Assembly: GCF_009914755.1 (NCBI RefSeq)
Contig: NC_060941.1
From: the human T2T-CHM13v2.0 reference genome, Homo sapiens
DNA length: 64,000 bases
Strand: one strand, 5' to 3'
Notes under the pieces: generated by a model
Database searches by the model: none
Told to the model about the DNA's origin: nothing
Seen by the model: only the letters and a program-made list of their open reading frames with translations
Translations under genes and position numbers: made by a program
Shown: one piece after another, positions 26,501 to 42,974 of the stretch
Position numbering within the stretch: position 1 is the stretch's first letter
How the letters are laid out: each line of letters begins with the position of its first letter

Positions 26501-27533
26501 AACCCTGAAAAAGTACCATTAATATTCTGGAGTATATCATCCAGCTAGTTTTAGCTGTATATACATAGAGCCAAAAAAAAAAAAAAAAAGCATTTTGCTG
26601 TTTTATAACTGGTTTTCTCCCCACTCAGTAAGTTAACAGTTTTTCTTAAATATTCTCTACAACATTCTTTATTTTGTAGAATGATAATGCTGTGGTTTGT
26701 TTAATCAATCCCCTCTAGTTAAAAATTGTATTCAGTTTTTTACTATTATACACTATGTTTAACAAGCACCTTAGAAACTAAATATTTCTACACATTCATA
26801 TTTCTTTAAGATAAATTCCTGGAAGTAGAATTGCTGAATCAAAAAGGATTCACAAGTGTAAATGTTTTTGACATGCACTGCCAAATTTAGACTTCCTTTT
26901 TGAAAAGTCAAATGTTAAGGAGATCAAAGCAATCACTAAGCAGGTACTCTGGAAGAGAAATAGAAATATAAAAAATATAATGGTTTCATGAGAAACTAAT
27001 AGACAAGGTTTCAAGAGACTTGGAGTCTAGTTTTGGATTTGTCATTGAATGGCTGTGACTTTTGGGTCTTAGTTTCCTCATTATAAAAATGGGAAGATAG
27101 ACTAGAAATAGAAACTTTTTCAGAATAGTCACCTTATGAATGTTGTTTCAGTGAAATATAAAGGTCTGTACATAAGTTCTGCAGGGAAGATGCCATGTAT
27201 TTGCTCATTCTTCAAGTTTCAGCTTGATTGCCTTTGGAAGGTCTGTCACACTTAACGTCCTCCTAATAGAAGTAATTGTTTTACTTTTTGGCTCCTCATA
27301 GCCCTTTTTAAATGTTGGTTCTGTATAGTTGTATCTTTGATTTTTAATATTGAGGTATTTGTAACAGAGGTTATCTTACTCATCTCCTGAAAGCACTTGG
27401 CTTAGCATAGTTCTTGGGTATATAATAGAGACTCAGTAAGTATCTGTGGAAGTTGAGAGTGATACCTTGTTCCCCAGTGTATAACAGCAAAGCCTAGCCT
27501 CCTCCTGTTGAGCATTGTCTGTTCTCGCTTTGA

Positions 27534-28062
<529 letters not shown>

Positions 28063-30027
28063 TAGCTTTGTCAGGCAAATTGATATTCAAGTTCCAGGTC
28101 TGCCACTTACCAGATGTGTCTTCCCCTTACCAGGGGAAGGTCACTTTACCACTGTAAGCCTCAGTACCTCTTCCTTAAAAAGAGGGTAAAAATAATACCT
28201 TAGCTCATAGTTTTAAAAATGATTACGTAAGAGAACATATTAAAACACGTAGTATAGCCCTTCCCATATCTGCAGTTCTGGCCTTGATCTGTAACTTCTT
28301 GGATCTTATATGCATTTATTATTTATTTGTTTCTTTTTAAAATAACATTTATATTTTTTCAACTTTTAGAGGTTAATATGTTCATTATAGAAAACTGAAA
28401 AACACAAGAGGCATATAACTAAAAAATCATCCATAACAGAATCAGTTTACATTCTGATGTATCTTTCCAGTCCTTGTATGTGTATACATATATACATAAC
28501 TGAGTATACCTTTTTACATGGTTACACTTATATAGTATGTGCCATGCTTTCTTGCATATCATGAGTACTTGAGTATCAAAATACTCAGGGCTTTAGGATT
28601 CAGACATTGGTAAATATTCACGATACATTTTCTTATCTTTTGTGGGGACAAAATTATCTTAAAAAACAAAATGGCAACAGGTCTCTGGAAATGCATATTG
28701 GCAGGTTTATAGTTAAATACTGTGTTCACTTAATACCCAATATAAAATGAGATACAAAGCAGTCAAGTAAGTATAATGCTTCTTAGATAGTTCAGTATGA
28801 GATCTGCACTATTAAAATATTACCAGAAATGATGTTTCTACTTAATTATTTAACAATTCATATAGTATTCACAAAGTATACCAAGAAAAAAGCACACATA
28901 TGTCAGTGGTTATAATCAGATTGTAAATATGGACATATCTATATATATCTCTTCCCTTACCTTTCTTTCTGCCCCTTAGCAATCCAGTACGTACTGATGT
29001 ATACTGCTCATAGGTGGTTTAACATTGCCATTTCCAAGATGCTTCTTTTCTAATGAAATTAATTTACTATCTAGTTAATTCACTAGCTCTATTTTATACA
29101 TTGTCACCTCATAACATCTAGAAAGCTTAGTGTTGTGAAGTAAGGACTGATAAACAGAGGCACTTTACTAAAAAATCACTTCCTAGAACTGTGGCTACAA
29201 TATGAAACTATCTTCTAGATATGAACATACTTGCAAAGAACCTTCCTTTTGCCTTTCTTCTTCCTTCTTCAGCTCAATGAATAAGTACAGAAATGCATAT
29301 AGCTCTACGAGATGGGTTAACAACAGTCACTCCCAGACAACAAGCCTTGCTAAAAACTCTAACAAGAGGACATTTATCAAAGAATCATTTTACTTCTTAA
29401 ACTTTCAGCATACTTTGGGCACTTCTCAGCATTGGGGCCTTGTTTGTCCTTTGCATACTCAACAATGCTAAGTAAATGCACTTGCAGAACGACGAGTAGA
29501 TAATCTGCATTTATCTCAAAACACACTGGCACAGAACTCTTCCACCGTCACTTCCTGTCTCTCCCACCTCCTTTACTACCCAATGAGCAAAGAATATGTA
29601 GCTCAAAGAGATAAAAGTTTAACAGTTCCATTCTAAAGACAGTCATTCCTGTTAATTGACATAAACTTACTTAAAGTGTGTTATTTTGTGAAGACTACAT
29701 GTTTCAAACGTCTACTGTATAATGATAGCATTGATTAAATTGTGTGCATATAACAAAGGCTATAATCTGAAAGTATCTTCTAAATATGAATATTATAGCC
29801 AAGTACACTTCACCTTCTCACTTCCTTCTTATCATTATCAGCCCAAAGGACAATATCAGCGTTCCAAAAGTTGTTTTCAGAAGATAGTCTTACCTATGAA
29901 GTTTTCGGGCATACAAGAAAAGTATATAATATGTTTTAGTTCATCATCTCTTCTTTTGTCAAACATTAGCAACCTCTTTATCATCTAGACAACAAGATGT
30001 AAAATTAGGACTTGCTTGTTCATTGTA

Positions 30028-30252
30028 CAGATAACCCTCAATGGGTTATGTCTCAGCAAACCCATCGTAAGTTGAAAATATCCTAAGTTGAGAGTGCATT
30101 TTTGACTTACAGTATTTTCAGTTGACTATGGGTTTATCTTGTCGTAACTGATTGTAAATCGAAGAGCATTACCAAATGCATATTGCTTTTATACCATCAT
30201 AAAGTAAAAAAAATTGTTAAAAGTCAAACCAGTTTAAGTCGGGGACCATGTG
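30028..30252 (+). mobile_element. MER47-type TcMar-Tigger MITE
   Basis: ta|cagat...aaacccatcgtaagttgaaaatatc...taagtcggggaccatgtg|ta; TA target sites and an internal palindrome. Confidence 0.8.
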
Positions 30253-30940
30253 TATACACTATGTGCACAGCAAAGTAAAATAAAATGCACAGAACATGCA
30301 GGTAATCTTGCCTAACTACAAACACATGGTATAGAACCCTTTATTCCTTCCTACACTTCCTTTGCCTTCCTCCTCCCTCAGTCCACAAGCACAGATCTGT
30401 ACCACTCAAAGAGGAGGTCTAATAATCCCATTTCCGAAAGACAGTATTTCATTAAATTTATTAATTCCTTTTATCCAGGCATTTAGTGGTCATTTTTAGA
30501 TGACCTTTACCACATATCTTCAGATGCTTTCACCGTCCGCCATAAGAATTTTTACTGAAATGAATTCTTGAAATGTTTAAAACTTTGTTACATTCTTTCT
30601 CGTTCCACAAGTAGTTATCCCTTCCCAGTTACCTTTCTTTTTTAGGTCTGTGGAGTCATGATACATCTATCCCCTTTTCCTTTGTTTTTCATGCATTTGT
30701 CAAATTTATTATTGAATACTCCTAAATTTTTTCTGCCTTTATCATTTGTTTTTTCTTTTTCATTGCTTTAGTCAGTTACCCTTGCACTACAGCAGTAGCC
30801 TCTTTATTATCTTCCTTGCCTTTAGTCTTCTTCCTTTCCATCCTGGAATATTTATTTCAGAGCTTACTGTACAAAAATACCAGATTCTATCAGAGAACAT
30901 CAAAGGAATCACAGAATCTCAGTATTGCAAAGGATCTTAG

Positions 30941-31875
<935 letters not shown>

Positions 31876-32699
31876 CTCTTCTGCATTTCTGCTGAGTAAC
31901 TTCTGCCAGGTTCCTTAGGCTAAGCTTAAGTTCCTCCAGTGACAGGAATCTCACTCCCTCCTAAGGCTACATTCCTCTTTTGGACAACTATAGGTTTAAG
32001 TTTAGTCTTCCTTATGTTAAGGTAAGATGTATTTGCTTGTATCTTCTCCTACAAGCTCTGGTTCTTCCCCTGAAACTACACAGAACAAGCATGATACTAC
32101 TTCTTTATGAACACTCTTTAGGTATGAAGAAAGCTATTGTCCAGACTTCCCTACAGATTCCTCTTTTCTCTAAGCTAATTCTCCTAAGCTTGGTTGGTTT
32201 TTTCTAGCCAGTCTTTTTAGCCCTTTACCATCCTATTCACGTTTCTGTGAACTTTAACATTTATGTATATTAATGTTAAGCTGTGAAACCTAGAATTTAG
32301 TGGAGTAATGCAAATGTGGTCTCTGTTGTAAAATAGATCAGAACTATTTATTCTTTATTTAAAACACTAGTCCTTTAATGTAGGCCGAAATTGTGCTAAC
32401 ATTTTTGACATCGACATTCTATCTTAATGCTTATCTAGTTTACTAATGAATGAAATTCCCAGTCATCTCTCACAAAACTGTATCTCCCCCAGCTGTACTC
32501 AAGTACAGAAAACATCTATTCTTGATAACTTTTATCTTGTTAGAATAGCTCTTTTCTCTTCTATAGCTACAACTTGTCAGTGTGTCCTTATCAGCTTATG
32601 ATTTAATTGAGGCTATAGAACATATACACTTAAAAAAAATAAGCTAAGAACTCTTAGAATAAAACAACATAATGTATTGTCAGTTGTAACCATGAATGA

Positions 32700-32872
32700 T
32701 GTTTTTCAAAGTGTGTCCTCTGGCCTACATTAGAGTTACTTAGGGCGCTTGTTAAATATTCAGTTTCACTCCAGACTTAATGAATTCAGATTTCTAGGAG
32801 TGATGTCTGGAAATCTGCATTTTAACAAGCTCCATTGGACATTGGTGCATATTAAAGGTTGACAGCTGCTAC
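32700..32872. mobile_element. MER5A-like hAT MITE
   Basis: ttcaaagtgtgtcc...gcttgttaaatattcag...ggaaatctgcattttaacaagctcc. Confidence 0.7.
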
Positions 32873-33664
32873 TCTAAGTACTGAAGGATTGAGCCCAAAG
32901 ATATGATCAGAATTAGGTGGCATTAATAAAGGAGGTGATTTCTGGGGACAGAAGAACATGAACTGTTAGAGTAGGTAGAAATTCCAGGTGTAGTAAAGAA
33001 GAAATAAATTGTCTGCTAGGGAAGATATTTGCTAGGCTGAATTAGGGGCCCAATAGAACAGCACATAAAAGGAGTTAAAAGCTAAGGGACGGAAGGAAAA
33101 AAAACAAAGAAAGAAAAAACTATAAAATTCTGAAACCAGTAAAGATACATGCTGCCATTTGGCAGCAAGGCAGACCTGCTATAGAAGAAGCATGATCTTT
33201 GTCCTCAAGAATTCATGAAATACCAGGCAACACCCTATGAGGGAATGTAAAAGGGTGGGGGTGTCAGCAAAGATTAGTTTGGAGCATTGCTACACACATC
33301 TCATCTTTAGTTCTAGGCTATCTAATGAGAAAATCTATATTAAATCTAAGTTGACTGATTTGGATATAGACCAGTCGGATGGTAGACAGCTTGCACAGCT
33401 GCTTGGTGCTCAGGAAATAGGCTGTTTTCACTAGCATAGCAAAACTCAGAGTGCTCTTGGCATTTTGAAGTTGGTGGGACAACAGCAAGTCTCTACCAGA
33501 CAGAATAGTGCCACGAAAATGGATGGTCAAAGTCCTGACTGCCCAGATGGTATCAGGAGTAGTGGTCTTGGTCTTAAGTATTTCCATTTCTTAAAGATTT
33601 CATAAGTGCACAGATAAACAAGTGTAGATGACAACCTATTTTAGATGTTGATTGAGAGTCTTAA

Positions 33665-33958
33665 GGCCAGGCGTGGTGGCTCACACCTGTAATCCCAGCA
33701 CTTTGGAGGTCGAGGAGGCTGATCACTTGAGCCCAGGAGTTTGAGACCAGCCTGGGCAACATGGTGAAACCCCATCTCTACAAAAGAATACAAAATCAGC
33801 CAGGCATGGTGGCATGCACCTGTGATCCCAGCTACTCGGGAGGCTGAGGCGGCAGGATGGCTTGAGCCTGGGAAATGGAGATTGCAGTGAGCTGAGATAG
33901 TGCCACTGCCCTCCAAAGCCTGGGCAACAGAGTGAGACCCTGTCTCAAAAAAAAAAAA
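33665..33958 (+). mobile_element. AluJ-like
   Basis: Sense dimer with A tail. Confidence 0.9.
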
Positions 33959-34160
33959 GGTTTTTGAAACAAAAGGCCCTCCTATATAATGAGTCAATGA
34001 AAGTTATGCTCTTAGAGTAAATAATTATATTGTACTACTGAAATGGTAAGTCAAGTAGAACTAAGAAAATACTCATGACTCTAGTTCCAATTTACAATTT
34101 TCAACAGAACCATAAGAGAAGTTGTAATTATGGAAACTTAAATGATCAAATATTAATTTG

Positions 34161-34675
<515 letters not shown>

Positions 34676-35812
34676 TTAAACATCAGTCATTGTTCAAAAC
34701 CCACTTCGCACTTCTTTCTCTCTTTATAGATCATGTTGCCCCCAAAATGAACTGAACACTCTTATCTTAATGCTAATTTGACAGAGACCACTTCTAATTT
34801 ATTATCATCCTGCTTACTCTTATATAAAATTAGTGTTTGCTATAGTTTTTTCTCCCTTTGAATACCTCAAAGTTGACTGACAGTTTTTCCTCAACGCAGC
34901 TTGCCTCTGATAACATCCAGAAAAAATGAAGAAAATATACTGCTTTGTAAAATAGAAGAGCTTAACAAGTACAAATTTGTCACTTTTTTCGGGTGTTTCG
35001 AAAGAGTGTAAACAGTAAACATTGCTGTTTATTTCTTGTGTTTCAGAAGTAAGGCTATGTATTTTTATCGAGCTATTTACAATTTACATATAAGATGTAA
35101 GTATTTTCATGAATCATTTTCATCAGTGGGGTGGATATACCTATCATAGCGGATACGGTCCTATTCTGACTTTTAGATCAGAAATCACTTTCAGTTATTT
35201 GTAGCACACACCTTAAAGCCTATTAAAGTTCTCCCCACCAAAATTTGTATTATTATAATCACTGGATGTCAACACCTGTGGCTCAAACAGTATCCAAATT
35301 TTGTATATTGTTGGAGGATTGCTGATTTAACTGAGAGTTGTAGCTAGAAATAAGGTGAGAAAGAATATACAGGTAATACTAATCCACCTCAAACTAAGAA
35401 GCAAAGGATGGTGGATGGGCTATGTTGATCTAGCGTTGCAAAAACACTTTTGGATGAAGTGCCCAGAAATAGCCCCAGTTCCTTTCACTAGAATCAGCTC
35501 GTCCCAGGTGAATGCCGGCAGAGCAGGGTGTGTGCTCCCCAAGAAAGGGCAGTGACCGCTTTCCAATGTCTGGCAGTTAGGGGCGATGAGAGTAGTTGCA
35601 ATTGGCAAGATAAAGGGGAACTTTGGAAAATAAATATACTTATGATAGAGGAGGCAGGAGAAAAGGTCAAGGGCTGTACACATGTGGAACTGATAATCAT
35701 GGTAGCTTGGCTTCTATGAATGGGTACATGTTGACCCTTAAGTGAGCTTAGAAAGCTTGAGAAATCAGTATGCGTGAACTGTTTGAGGCATAAGAAAGGC
35801 AGGATTTTAAAA

Positions 35813-36250
35813 CTTTTTTTTTAATTTGTGCAAATTTATGGGATACATGAGAAATTTTTTACATGTATGTAATATGTAGTGATCAAGTCATGGTATTCAA
35901 GGGATCTGTCACCCCAGTACAATATATTCTTATTAAGTATAGTCATCCTACCCTGCTATCAAACATTGAATTTATTCCTCCTATCTTACTGTACGTTTGT
36001 ACCTTTAGCCTACTTCTCCTTAGCCTCCCTTCATCCCCAGTCACCCTCCCCAGTCTCTGTTGTCTACTTTTCCACTCTCTACCTCCATGTGTTCAAATTT
36101 TTTACCTCCTACATATACGTGAGAACATCTGATTTTTGTATTTTTGTGTTTGGCTTATTTCATGTAAGATAATGATCTCCACTTCCATCCATGTAGCTGC
36201 AAATGACATAATTTCATTGTTTTTATGGATGAATTGTATTCCATTGTGTA
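35813..36250 (-). mobile_element. L1MA-type 3' end
   Basis: aaatttatgggatacatgagaaattt...ttccatccatgtagctgcaaatgacataatttcattg...ttccattgtgta. Confidence 0.85.
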
Positions 36251-38145
36251 GAAGCAGGCAGAATTGACTCTGATAGTAGTCTAGCTGGAAGAGAGGCTAT
36301 AGCTACAAAGAATCTTGACTTACCAAAACACTAGTAACATGTCTGTGAAACTGCTGTAGTCTAACTCATTTACTACTATGTTAATTTGGAGCGTGAAGTT
36401 CATCAGTGGAATGGGTACTATAATTTGCAAAGTTCAAGTGACAATTCTGGTAGATAAAGTTTTAAGGAGCAGATGGTCACAACTGTCAGTCTCAGAAGTA
36501 ATTTGGTAAGTAAAATAGTCATTTATTTGGAAGTTTTTTGGTAACCTAATTGTGATCTAATTGTCACCAGTTGGGAGTCTAATTCCATTTTCATCACTCA
36601 TCTGCAGAAAGGTGAGAGAAATAAGCTATTAATTAATAGCCAATATTTACGAGCTCTTACTATCCACCATAAAGTATGCTAAGTGCTTTATGTGCATTAT
36701 ACTTAATTATAGTAACTTTCTGAGGTAGTTACTATTATTATTTCCAGCTAGTTAGTGGAAGAACCAGGATTTGAATCCAGGCAAACTGACTGCAGAGCCC
36801 TCACTTTTAACACTACACATAAAACTGAGTTTATTTAACAGAAAACACTGTCCTTTAACCTGAGATTGTGTCTACCTTTCAATACTAAAATGTACTTTTT
36901 ATATGAAATGGTGGTGATAGACGATGTCAGGTTTGATTTTCTTTTTTTTTTTTTTTTAAGAAATCTTTACCTTGCAAAACTAAAACTAAAACAACCCAAT
37001 GACAGCACTGCTCTCCAGTTTAAAGAAAACAAATGTTCTTTTGCTAGTTGTGAAATCTAAATTTGAGAACCACTGACTAGAAAAGTGGGACTCTTAGTAA
37101 TTTTTAAAGTTCTTTAGAGATTTTTCACCTGATTTATTTTCTGATTTCAACCTCCTTGTTTTCATTAACCTTTTCCTTAAGTCCACCTCAGCCACTCATT
37201 CTTCGATTATACACAAGACTTTGTTTGCCATTACCAGCAACCACACCACTTTGGGGATCTCAGATGTAAGCATCTTGCTCTCGCGCTGCCTCCCATTTTT
37301 CCTTGCTTACTCCTAGCATTTCTCCTGTTACCAACTCCAGCAACTTGGACCCCACTGGAACCTCCAGTATAATTTATTCTATCAGTTCCCAATCTTTTTG
37401 TTCTCTCTCTCCTCTTTCCCCAGCTTAACCTCCATGGTCTATCACATATATCCTCTTTGTATACACCTTTAGCAGCCTTGCTCCTCATCTTCTGTTGTCA
37501 AATCCACAAGTGTTTCTCAGCTACCTGCCTACTCTGTGCCAGTATTCTCGCTGTTAAGCATGGCTTAAGAAAAACACAAAACCACAGTGTCTGATCTCAC
37601 TTTAAATTTATGAACCAAATCTCAAGTGAGCCCTCAGTATTTCTTGGAACAGATATTCCTAGTATTCCTTCTGTATTTCCCTAGTCCAATCCATTTATTC
37701 TCCTATTCTCTGAGATGACTAGTTCTTCTTCTCTATTTGGCTCAACCCCCAAGCACCACCTCTTCCATCTTTACCAGCAGCTGATGACCTGGAATCTTTA
37801 CTTCACGGAGGAAATAGAGGCAAACAGAAGAGAACTTCTTCATCTTCTTCATCTTCCCACCACAAGATGTATGATTGGTTGAATGAGAGAAAGACTGTGA
37901 TGTCCTAGAACTTCAGTTGCTCCTATATCCAATGTAATTAGCAACTTAAATTCCAAAACCATATATAAAAATCGATTTTTGGCCATTTGAGATTATACTC
38001 TTTACTACCACTTTCCTTTCTCTTATTATAACCAAGAGTTGTTACTATGTTTGTGCCTCATCCAAATAAAAAGTAGGTATTTTTTAGAAAATGATTAACG
38101 GGAGCAATTAGTAAAACAAGCAGTAAAATACCCGGATACAGGAAA

Positions 38146-38298
38146 TTGAGCCAGGCTTGCTGGTATGTGCTTGTCCCAGCTACTCGGGAGGCTGAGTTGG
38201 AAGGATCGCTTGAGCCCAGGAGTTCCAGGTTATAGTGAGCTGTGTCACACCACTGAACTCTGGCCTGAGTGACAGAGTGAAACCCTGTCTCTAAAAAA
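38146..38298 (+). mobile_element. FRAM/Alu right monomer
   Basis: Single right-arm sequence. Confidence 0.85.
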
Positions 38299-41200
38299 GT
38301 ACTTGACATAGGATATTGAGAGAAGAAATGCTTTGGAACTATGTTTGATTATACCCTTAGCCCACCTTAGTTCTTACTTAAGTAAGTTATAGATGAAGGA
38401 GAAAAGATGGGAATCACTTTGAAGATTAAGGCCTCAAACTTTGTGGAAAATGGAGGAAAAAATGTTGAAAACAGTCATGTGATAGTTTTTACCTTACACT
38501 TTTGATGGGAAAATTAGATAATAGAATTGAGCTATACGTATGTTGACTGCACATTACATTAATTTAATCCTGTTATTTACCTCATATTGCTAACCTTTAA
38601 AATTAAGATTTGAAAAAAAAGAGATGGGTAAAACCAAAAAGGTCAAAATTTGTATGCCAGCTTAGATGAAATTTGTATTTATAGAACTGAATAAGAATCT
38701 ACACCTTACCTAATACTGTGAATTGCTTATGTAAATACAACAAAGGATGGTCCCTCGATGACCTGAATCTCATATGCTGAGTTCACTTAGTAACAGCGTC
38801 CGTCTGCTCAGACACATTTTCCCAACTCCCCATGTGCTTTCCAAACCTTTACCATGTTTCCCAGTATCCTCTCTTCATCCCTCATTTTGTTGATGACCTA
38901 GTTCCTGCTTCACATAGTCAACAGAACCCAACAGGAATAACCTCAGCTTTCTTCCTCCTTGTCCCTTTATTTAACTGGTCTCAGAAGGAGAGGTGTCTTT
39001 ACAAGCTCTCCCTCTCCATTCCTCCTCTGTTGCCAAAGTTTCTGAAAGTGTGGTCTCCATATCTGCTTATGCTACTTAGTTTTCTTCTAAGTGAAAGGTA
39101 GGGACTCAACCCCAAATGCTCTGACCCTGTTCGAAGACCCTGTGGCCTAGAGCGGCATGTATTTCCTGATTTCTAAACCTAGTGCCCTTTTTCCAGGCCT
39201 CATCCTCTATCACTGCAGCATTTATCTCTGTTGTCACATTCTTCTGCTTAAAACTTTTCACAGCTTTTCACGTACCCAGGGCAGGCATTCAAAAATATTG
39301 AAGCAGTAGTTTTGATGTCTTTTCTGAGCTTTCACCAGTATTTTTAATAGGCACTACTGCCTAAATGTCAAATGCCTTATAGCCAAAAACAAGTAATGAT
39401 TTCCTGTAATCTCCAAACTGATTCCTCTTCCTCTTGCTATGTCTTGGTATCCCTGAGGTTACCATCATTTTATCCATGTACCCATGCTAGATGCCTCAAG
39501 GTCATCCTTGACTCCTCTTCCTTCTCTGGTTTCCATTTGGTTTCTAAGCTTTGATGAGTATCTCCCGCATCTTCTTTTCTTTTTCTACTATTTCCTATGA
39601 CTCTTGCCTCTTTCTGTTTATTGTCTTTTGTCTGGATTATTTCAGTAATATGTTCAGGAGTTTCTAATTTGGATTCCATGGATGGACCTCAAAGGATTAA
39701 AGAACTCTCTCAAATTTGTATGCAAATTTTTTGTGCATGTGCATTTTCCTGGGGAGGTCCATTAGACTGTTCTGTGGGAAAGAGAGGAATAGAATGAGAG
39801 ACAATGACAATTTAAATCAGGTCCACTGATTTCTCGTTCTATACCTGGCCTTTGTTATTTAGGTCACTAACCTAAGGCACTTATCTCTGAGGAGTGAGGT
39901 GGCATGTAAGATATTAAGAATAAAACAGCAGCATTAGTCAGTCCAGCTGGGCAGTCAGTCCAGCAGCCAGAGATCAGAGGCTCCTCAATATCAGATCCAG
40001 GCTTTAATATCCTAGAGAAGCTCAGGAGAAAGCTGGGGCATCAGCAGGAGCAGAGGGTGTCCTCCCGAGGCCCCTGGACCCATTTGTTCCTGTGCTTCCA
40101 AAGGACTTAGAGGGATATGAAAACTTAACTGGCAAGAATCCAGAGTGAGTTGGTATCCCCAGAAAAAGGTTCAGAACATTCCCCCAGCTAGCCTCCCCTC
40201 CTTTGCCTGTTTGGTCTCTCGTTCTTTCTCCACTCTGCCAACACAGTTAGCTTTTAAATACATATCTCCTGGTGTGCCTTCCGTGATTGTCACTTACACC
40301 TAAGGGTGATTAGACTAATCACCCAAAAATGTGGGGTTTTAATCACCTATGAAACAAGTTAAAAAATCATGGTCATGGTTTCAAGGCCTGCCAGTTAGGA
40401 GCCTGCCAGCCTCGTCGCCAGGCACTGCCCTCTCCTCACTTCCAGGGCTCTGGCTACAGCAGGTTACTACTGGCTGTTTCGAGAGAACAGTGTCTGTGTC
40501 CATATCCCTATGCCTTTGATCATGCTAGTCTCTCTCTTTGGGGTGGCATTTCCTCTCCATTGCCTGTGAACCTCCTACTCATTCTTCCAGGCCCACAATG
40601 GATGTTAGCTCTTCACCTGAGTCCATTCTTAATTTTCTGCCATCACTCTGGCAGAATCAGTATCTCTTGGCTAGAGTCCAAAAACATTTCATACATATCT
40701 CTGATAATGTCATATTATATTGTAGATAGCCTATTTTTATTTCTGTCTTTCCTACTAAGCCAGAAATGCCCTACAGCTAGGGACTGTCTTTTTCATGTTT
40801 GTATCCCTAACAGCTACCTTTGCATCTAGTCTAAACATGAGCTTAGTACACTTTTGTTGAATGGAATTAGTTATAAAGAGTTTTTATGACTCATTTAAAA
40901 TTAGAGACCAATGCTTACTTAATAAGTCAGAATAGGCTGTAATAATAATAGTAATAATAAAGTCCCATTTCCACTGCTTATTCAAGTAACAGCTTCCTTT
41001 GTGGAAGTACATTTTGAAAGACTTCACATGTCAGTGTATATTTTTGATGTGCTCATTTGAGATCCTAAAAGAATTATAGTTCTAAAGCAGACTAGAGCTT
41101 CTATTACATTCCTGTTGAAGTTATATTAAATATATTCTATCGTTTCACATATCTGTATTATATATAATAAGTTGCATGGGTAAACATTTTATCTCTTTTA

Positions 41201-42974
41201 AACTTCATGGTAATAATTTGTGAATTGTTTATTTTATAATATCTGAGTAAATTTAGTTCAAAACACATTAATTTGAGCATTTTCTGTGTACAGAAGCATA
41301 GTTGCAAAGTTAAGATTCTTGTGTTTATGTTGTTTTGTTAAATTCGGAAAGTCTCAGTCTTGCAAATGTATTTTTTTTTTAAGTATTTAAATTAGCTCAG
41401 CTATGAGAATAAGCACGGTCCATAAATTAAGAGCTTCAAATAATTTTTTAAAATCCTTCATATTCTTTGAGTTTTGTAGGAAAAGAATCAACAGTTTACT
41501 TATTCAGCCTTTCCTGAAGTCCATAGTAGGTGCTGGGCATCATGCTGGGTGAATGAGATAGTACTTGCATTTGAATAGTTTACAGTCTTATAGCGAAGAA
41601 GCCATGTAAACAGAGAATTGCAATATAAACCTTGGAGGAGAGGAAGGAAGACTACTTTGAGAACCGAGATTAGGTTGAGAATGGATGAGTCTGCTGATCA
41701 ATTTATAGATAAAGAAGCAGAGAGGTGAAGTCTTTTTTTTTTTTTTTTTTTGATATGTGAAATAGGAACCTAGGTTATCTCTAAGAATTCATAGCAGGGG
41801 GTAGCTCTTGAGAAGAACAGTGAAGATCTGGATAATTAATAAGGAGAATTAGAGATGAGCTAACAAAGACAAGTAAAGAGTGGCATGAGAAAGCAGTGAG
41901 CATAGAACTGAAACTGGATAGCATGAAATTCTGGAGGTATCAGTCAGTAGCACAGTGGTATAATTTTCTCCAGCTGTGCTATGGAGAAATTATACACATT
42001 GTGGCCAATGTGTAGTGAATAAAGCCATATTGTATTCAGGGACTATGGGGTGGTTATAACAGAAATTTACAAAGAATAAATAGTTAAAAGTCCTTCAAAG
42101 AAAGCATGGCTTACTAGGGAAGGCAGTATGGTTAAGAGGAAGTTGATAAACTTGGAGAAAATGTAGAAGTCAAGAAGTTGGAGATCAGAAGGGCTGGTGC
42201 TTTGTAGGAACTCAGAAAATCTTCATTTTCTTCTTTCTGGATGTCCTCTCCCTATGAATGTTTCACCACCACAACCTGCCTCAGCTACAGTTTATACATA
42301 TGAATAGTTTCAAATCATGATGGTAACAGTTGGCTCAGAGGGCAAGATTAGGAGCCAGACTTCAACGTGCTGCTAATCCAGCGTGTCCCTGTAACTTAGA
42401 TGCTGGTAGTGCTTGGTGGTATTGGCCTCTAGGAGAAGCTCAAGGCTTCTCCTGTTATCTCCCTACCACTCATACTTGGAGGGTGAGTCAAAGGCCAAAA
42501 AGCATTTTATTGGGCAGTGGTTCTTAGGGAAGGGATTTACTCTGTGATGCAGAGGGTTAAGACTGTAAGCCATCAAGTGTTTCCCCTCCCTCTCCATGTT
42601 CAACCAAAGGCACAGTTCTTATTACTTTCAAGGATTTAAAAAGGAGTCTTTTCTCAGCATAAAGGAGGAAGTGAAGACCAATTTTGACAGCCCAAAGGGT
42701 CTTCCTCCTCAGAATCTAAAATTTCTAATAGAGTTGTTTGCATCTTGTGATTTTACTTGAGTCATCAAATGTATTGTACTTTTTTTCTTAAAGATATACT
42801 TCTTAATGCTTTCATTTCAGATAAGGACAAACCATTTTCCATGGCGACACACTATTTATATTGCATTTTCAGAAATTTCCCTTTTTACCCATACTTAGGA
42901 GTGTGACACTGAAACCTGATAATCTATTATTTCACAGAGTGCTTTTTTGGGTGTAATATAAAGATATTATATAA

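Noticed and set aside
28690-29990. Unique-looking stretch with ORFs 29202..29471 and 29722..29988, considered as a processed pseudogene or transposase relic
   Set aside because: No protein family, poly(A) tail or TSD recognised; cannot be supported without a search.
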